Assembly (NCBI GenBank): GCA_028534125.1
Contig: CM052817.1
Coordinates: forward strand, 108,502,001 to 108,566,000
DNA from: Lama glama
Taxonomy: Eukaryota
Direction of reading: 5' to 3'
Length of the DNA: 64,000 nt
The notes beneath the pieces were generated by a model, which worked only from the letters and a program-made list of their open reading frames with translations, searched no databases and had not been told where the DNA came from. Below, piece after piece: positions 60,723 through 64,000 of this stretch. Position 1 is the stretch's first letter; the number at the start of each line of letters is the position of its first letter. Made by a program: the position numbers and the translations under genes.

Positions 60723-63700
60723 GTAAGCAAAACATGTGTTTTTGTTTACTCTACATTTTCAGCCTGTTCTCCCACACTCTCAGATAATCTCACCTGATCA
60801 AGGCTTGTCCAGTGAACCCTAGTAAAGAAGAGAACGTTTTAGGTGGACGGACACTCTTTGCTGATTCTTCCACAGGAACAAGTGTAGACTTGAACAAGCC
60901 CTCCTTTCTTAATGGAAGTCTTTTCTGTCCTGGTGCTTCTAAATTTCCGCCTCTGTGCCAGTGTTTCAGTACTGTTGTCATGTTGCTCGTGCTCTTCAGA
61001 CTGCAGTGTGCTTGCTGAAAAACCTCTGGTCTCATTTCTGTATTGTCTGATAAGTCAAAGATCTGGCATATTATTTGGACTGTTCCGGTGTAGCGAGGGT
61101 TAGAAGTGTGTTTTGCAAAGTGTAATCGATTATTCTGGTGTTTTTTGACTTTTTTCCCCCTCTTTCACGTCTATTTATTTTCTTTGGAGGAAAATACTGA
61201 ATAAAAGGACCTTGTTAATTACTGAGTAAAAGGCTTAATACATATTTTTATCAGGTTTTGTGAGTTTTGTTTGTTTGGTTTGGTGTTTTGCTTGCCCATC
61301 ATGGATCCTTTGTTTGGGTTACCACAGGGCGATCAGATCTTAAAGCCTGACCACTAGTTGTTATAAAATAAGTATTTTGATGGTGTGTGTGGTGGTGCTG
61401 GAATAGATCTCTGGAAATTTAAATCATGTAGTTTAAATGGTTAGTTGTTCTTAAGGCTTCTGTTAGGCATAGCTTTCTTAAAAAGCCGTTATCTCAGCTT
61501 GAGCATATAACCACCATGTTATTAGTATTACTACACTTGCTGTAATTAAATTAAGTATAATTGGTACTTTCTCCTCTGTTAGTTTTCTCGGCTTTTCCTT
61601 GCCCCCTGGGCATGCATTTCTGTATCTCTGTTCCATCCTTTGGACAATGTTCCGTTTTTTTCAGGACAGGATTGGATGCACTTATAGGGAACATGGGTGG
61701 AGAGTCTCCCAACTTCAAACTTGGACTGTACGGCCACGAATTTTCAAGGAAATACTCTGTTCAGACAGGTGTGTTCTCGTGCTGGGAGGCCACGGATGCA
61801 GCAGGTCCCTTTGCTGGCCAGGGGATTAAACTCACATCAACAGTGCGAATACCATAAAGAAGGATTCTTAAATCTTGTGGCATCTGACAACGTCCAGTCT
61901 GCCAGATGTGTCCTCAGAGTCTTCCTGGAGGTCAGAAGAGAGGAGAGTAGATACTTTTGGATAATGTTGAAGGAACTAGTGGTCCTGAGGTATTAGAGAA
62001 TCATGTCTCCTCACAAATGGAACTTCTTTCTGGTGGACTTGGTCAAGTCCAGTCCAGCCCCTATTTTGAATTTTCACTCAGAATTCAAAGACTTATCTTC
62101 TGGAATCTGTCCTGTCCTCTGTTTCATCTCCTCTTTTTAGACCACTTGCTTCTGGATCTTTGGTTTGTTTCTTGAACTACCATCCTAAGACTAGCTGTGG
62201 CTGAAGAATTCTGCTAATGGTTATATTCAAGCCAGTTACACAATATCTTCATGTGTATGTTTACTTATTTTTTAATGATAGACCCACGGAATGATAAAAC
62301 AAAGGAAGCTGACAGGAGATAGCTTGGCATGCTTAGGTATTCTCAGGATCATGATGAAAACTGTCTTTGCTTTGAGAAATATAATTTAACTGATCTATTT
62401 TCCCACCAAAATTATGTGTTCTGTTATTAATTTATGGCACTCATGTCTTTGAAAAGCCTCACGTTTATATTTTATTAGTATTTTAACTTCCCTTTAAGAT
62501 TGACAAGGGTTGTTGAACGTGGAGTGTGGGCTGGGGAGGTGACGTTTGCCTGCAGGCAGAATGGTGTGGATATTCATGAGTGTTAAGTTGGTTTGAACTT
62601 AGCCTGTGAAAGGCAGTCCTGTCCAGTGTAAGTGTACTGCATTTATTCCTGCTCTCTTGGTGTGGAATTACTCCAGAAACCAAAGATCTTGCTACACATA
62701 TAACTGATAAATCTCAAATAGTGCTTATGGAACTACAAACCCTTTATCAGTAATTGACAGCATTCCGAACATCAGATGGGAGGACGTGATCTGTATGGAA
62801 TTGACCAAATTTATTATTTTGCCTGCCTTTGGATGTTACTCGTAAGAAATTCGTAGGCTCATTACATATAAGTTATGTGCATTCACCTTGGAACATAAAA
62901 TCCTAAATATAAGTAGAGAATCTGACTTTTCAGCGTTAATGACTGCTAAATATAATAAGATGGAAAGAAATGCATTCCTATTTGATCGTTTCTTAGGAAT
63001 CATTTCCTTAGCCTAATGCAGACCTTGCCCTAAAACAGAATTTTAAATATTTTAAATATTCCCTGAGCTCATGAACGAATGGCCTTATTTGCCCTTTTTT
63101 GACAGAGGAAGTTTGTATTTGATTACCTTTTCATGATTATTACTCTTGATGAAATTGCTGGTTAACTCCATCTGAATGTTATAAATTACACGTCCAGTAC
63201 AGATGGAAAATTGACAGACGCTGGTTCTCCAAACAGACGAGGTTCTCCATTGAATACATCTTTTTCTTAAATAAGCATGTTTGTTTATAGGCTGTACAAT
63301 ATGATTTTATGCTTTGTCGCGTTAGCCAGTTTTTGTCATAATATCTCATGTAAATGCATTTCGCTGCTTAAAACATTTCAGAGCTCCTAACTTTTAATGT
63401 AAACTTTCTACACTAAATAATTTAATTCAACAAGACAGTTGATTCAGTATTGAAAAATGAAATCACTATTGAACTTTTAAAGTGAATGTTTCTTTTGTAA
63501 AGCGAATTAATCTGAATTTATTTATCTCTGTTCATTCTGGTTTTGGCCTCCTTGTGGTATCTGAAGTAACACAACTTAAGAATGAAAACTAATAGCATTG
63601 CCCAGACACATTTCCCTGTAGTGGTGTGTCTAATGTGTGGTAGGCAATTATATTCATTACTAATTGGTATGAATCAAAAGCTTTAAGGAGATTCTGTGTA

Positions 63701-64000
63701 TATATACTTGGCTCTTCATCCTGCAGGGTGATAGGTACAAAGATTATTGCTATTTGCCTCTCGTAATTGAGCTTTCGTAATTTTAAAACATTATATCCTA
63801 TTGTATACAACCAAAATAGGTGATTTTTACCATTATCTTAAGGCTCAAACGCCATACAGTCAAATCGTTACCATTTCTCTGTCTCACGCCTCAACACCAG
63901 AAGAATTTTGTAGATCTTCCTTGATGTGTCCTTTATGACTCAAAGTTAAGGTATTTAAGTGCACAGACAGGGAACACCAGTGATAATCACACCAGGATAA

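Noticed and set aside
1383..63810. The many 60-177 aa ORFs as protein-coding genes
   Set aside because: They are short, overlap on both strands, often use non-ATG starts and show no recognisable domain except decayed L1 ORF2, as expected by chance in mammalian non-coding DNA

Overview
Mammalian non-coding genomic DNA, most likely camelid (camel/alpaca lineage), because it carries five copies of a tRNA-Ala-derived SINE matching the camelid Vic-1 type. No intact protein-coding gene, functional RNA gene or CRISPR array is supported. The ORF track is chance ORFs plus decayed LINE-1 ORF2 C-terminal fragments. The window is a mosaic of lineage-age L1 3' ends (many with visible target-site duplications, TSDs), ancient L1M/L2/MIR fragments, MaLR/ERVL/ERV1 solo LTRs and DNA transposon fossils (MER82-, MER3-, MER5-like). 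Most younger retroelements lie on the minus strand, which suggests a long intron of a plus-strand gene. One good candidate 61-nt internal exon lies at 60662-60722, but I could not identify the gene. The most notable structures are three TSD-bounded L1 insertions with 5' inversions (twin priming), two related ERV1-type solo LTRs, a MER41-like LTR and a few candidate enhancer motifs. I found no evidence of a previously undescribed biological system. Repeat family names come from my recall of consensus sequences, not from a database search, and boundaries of old elements are approximate.
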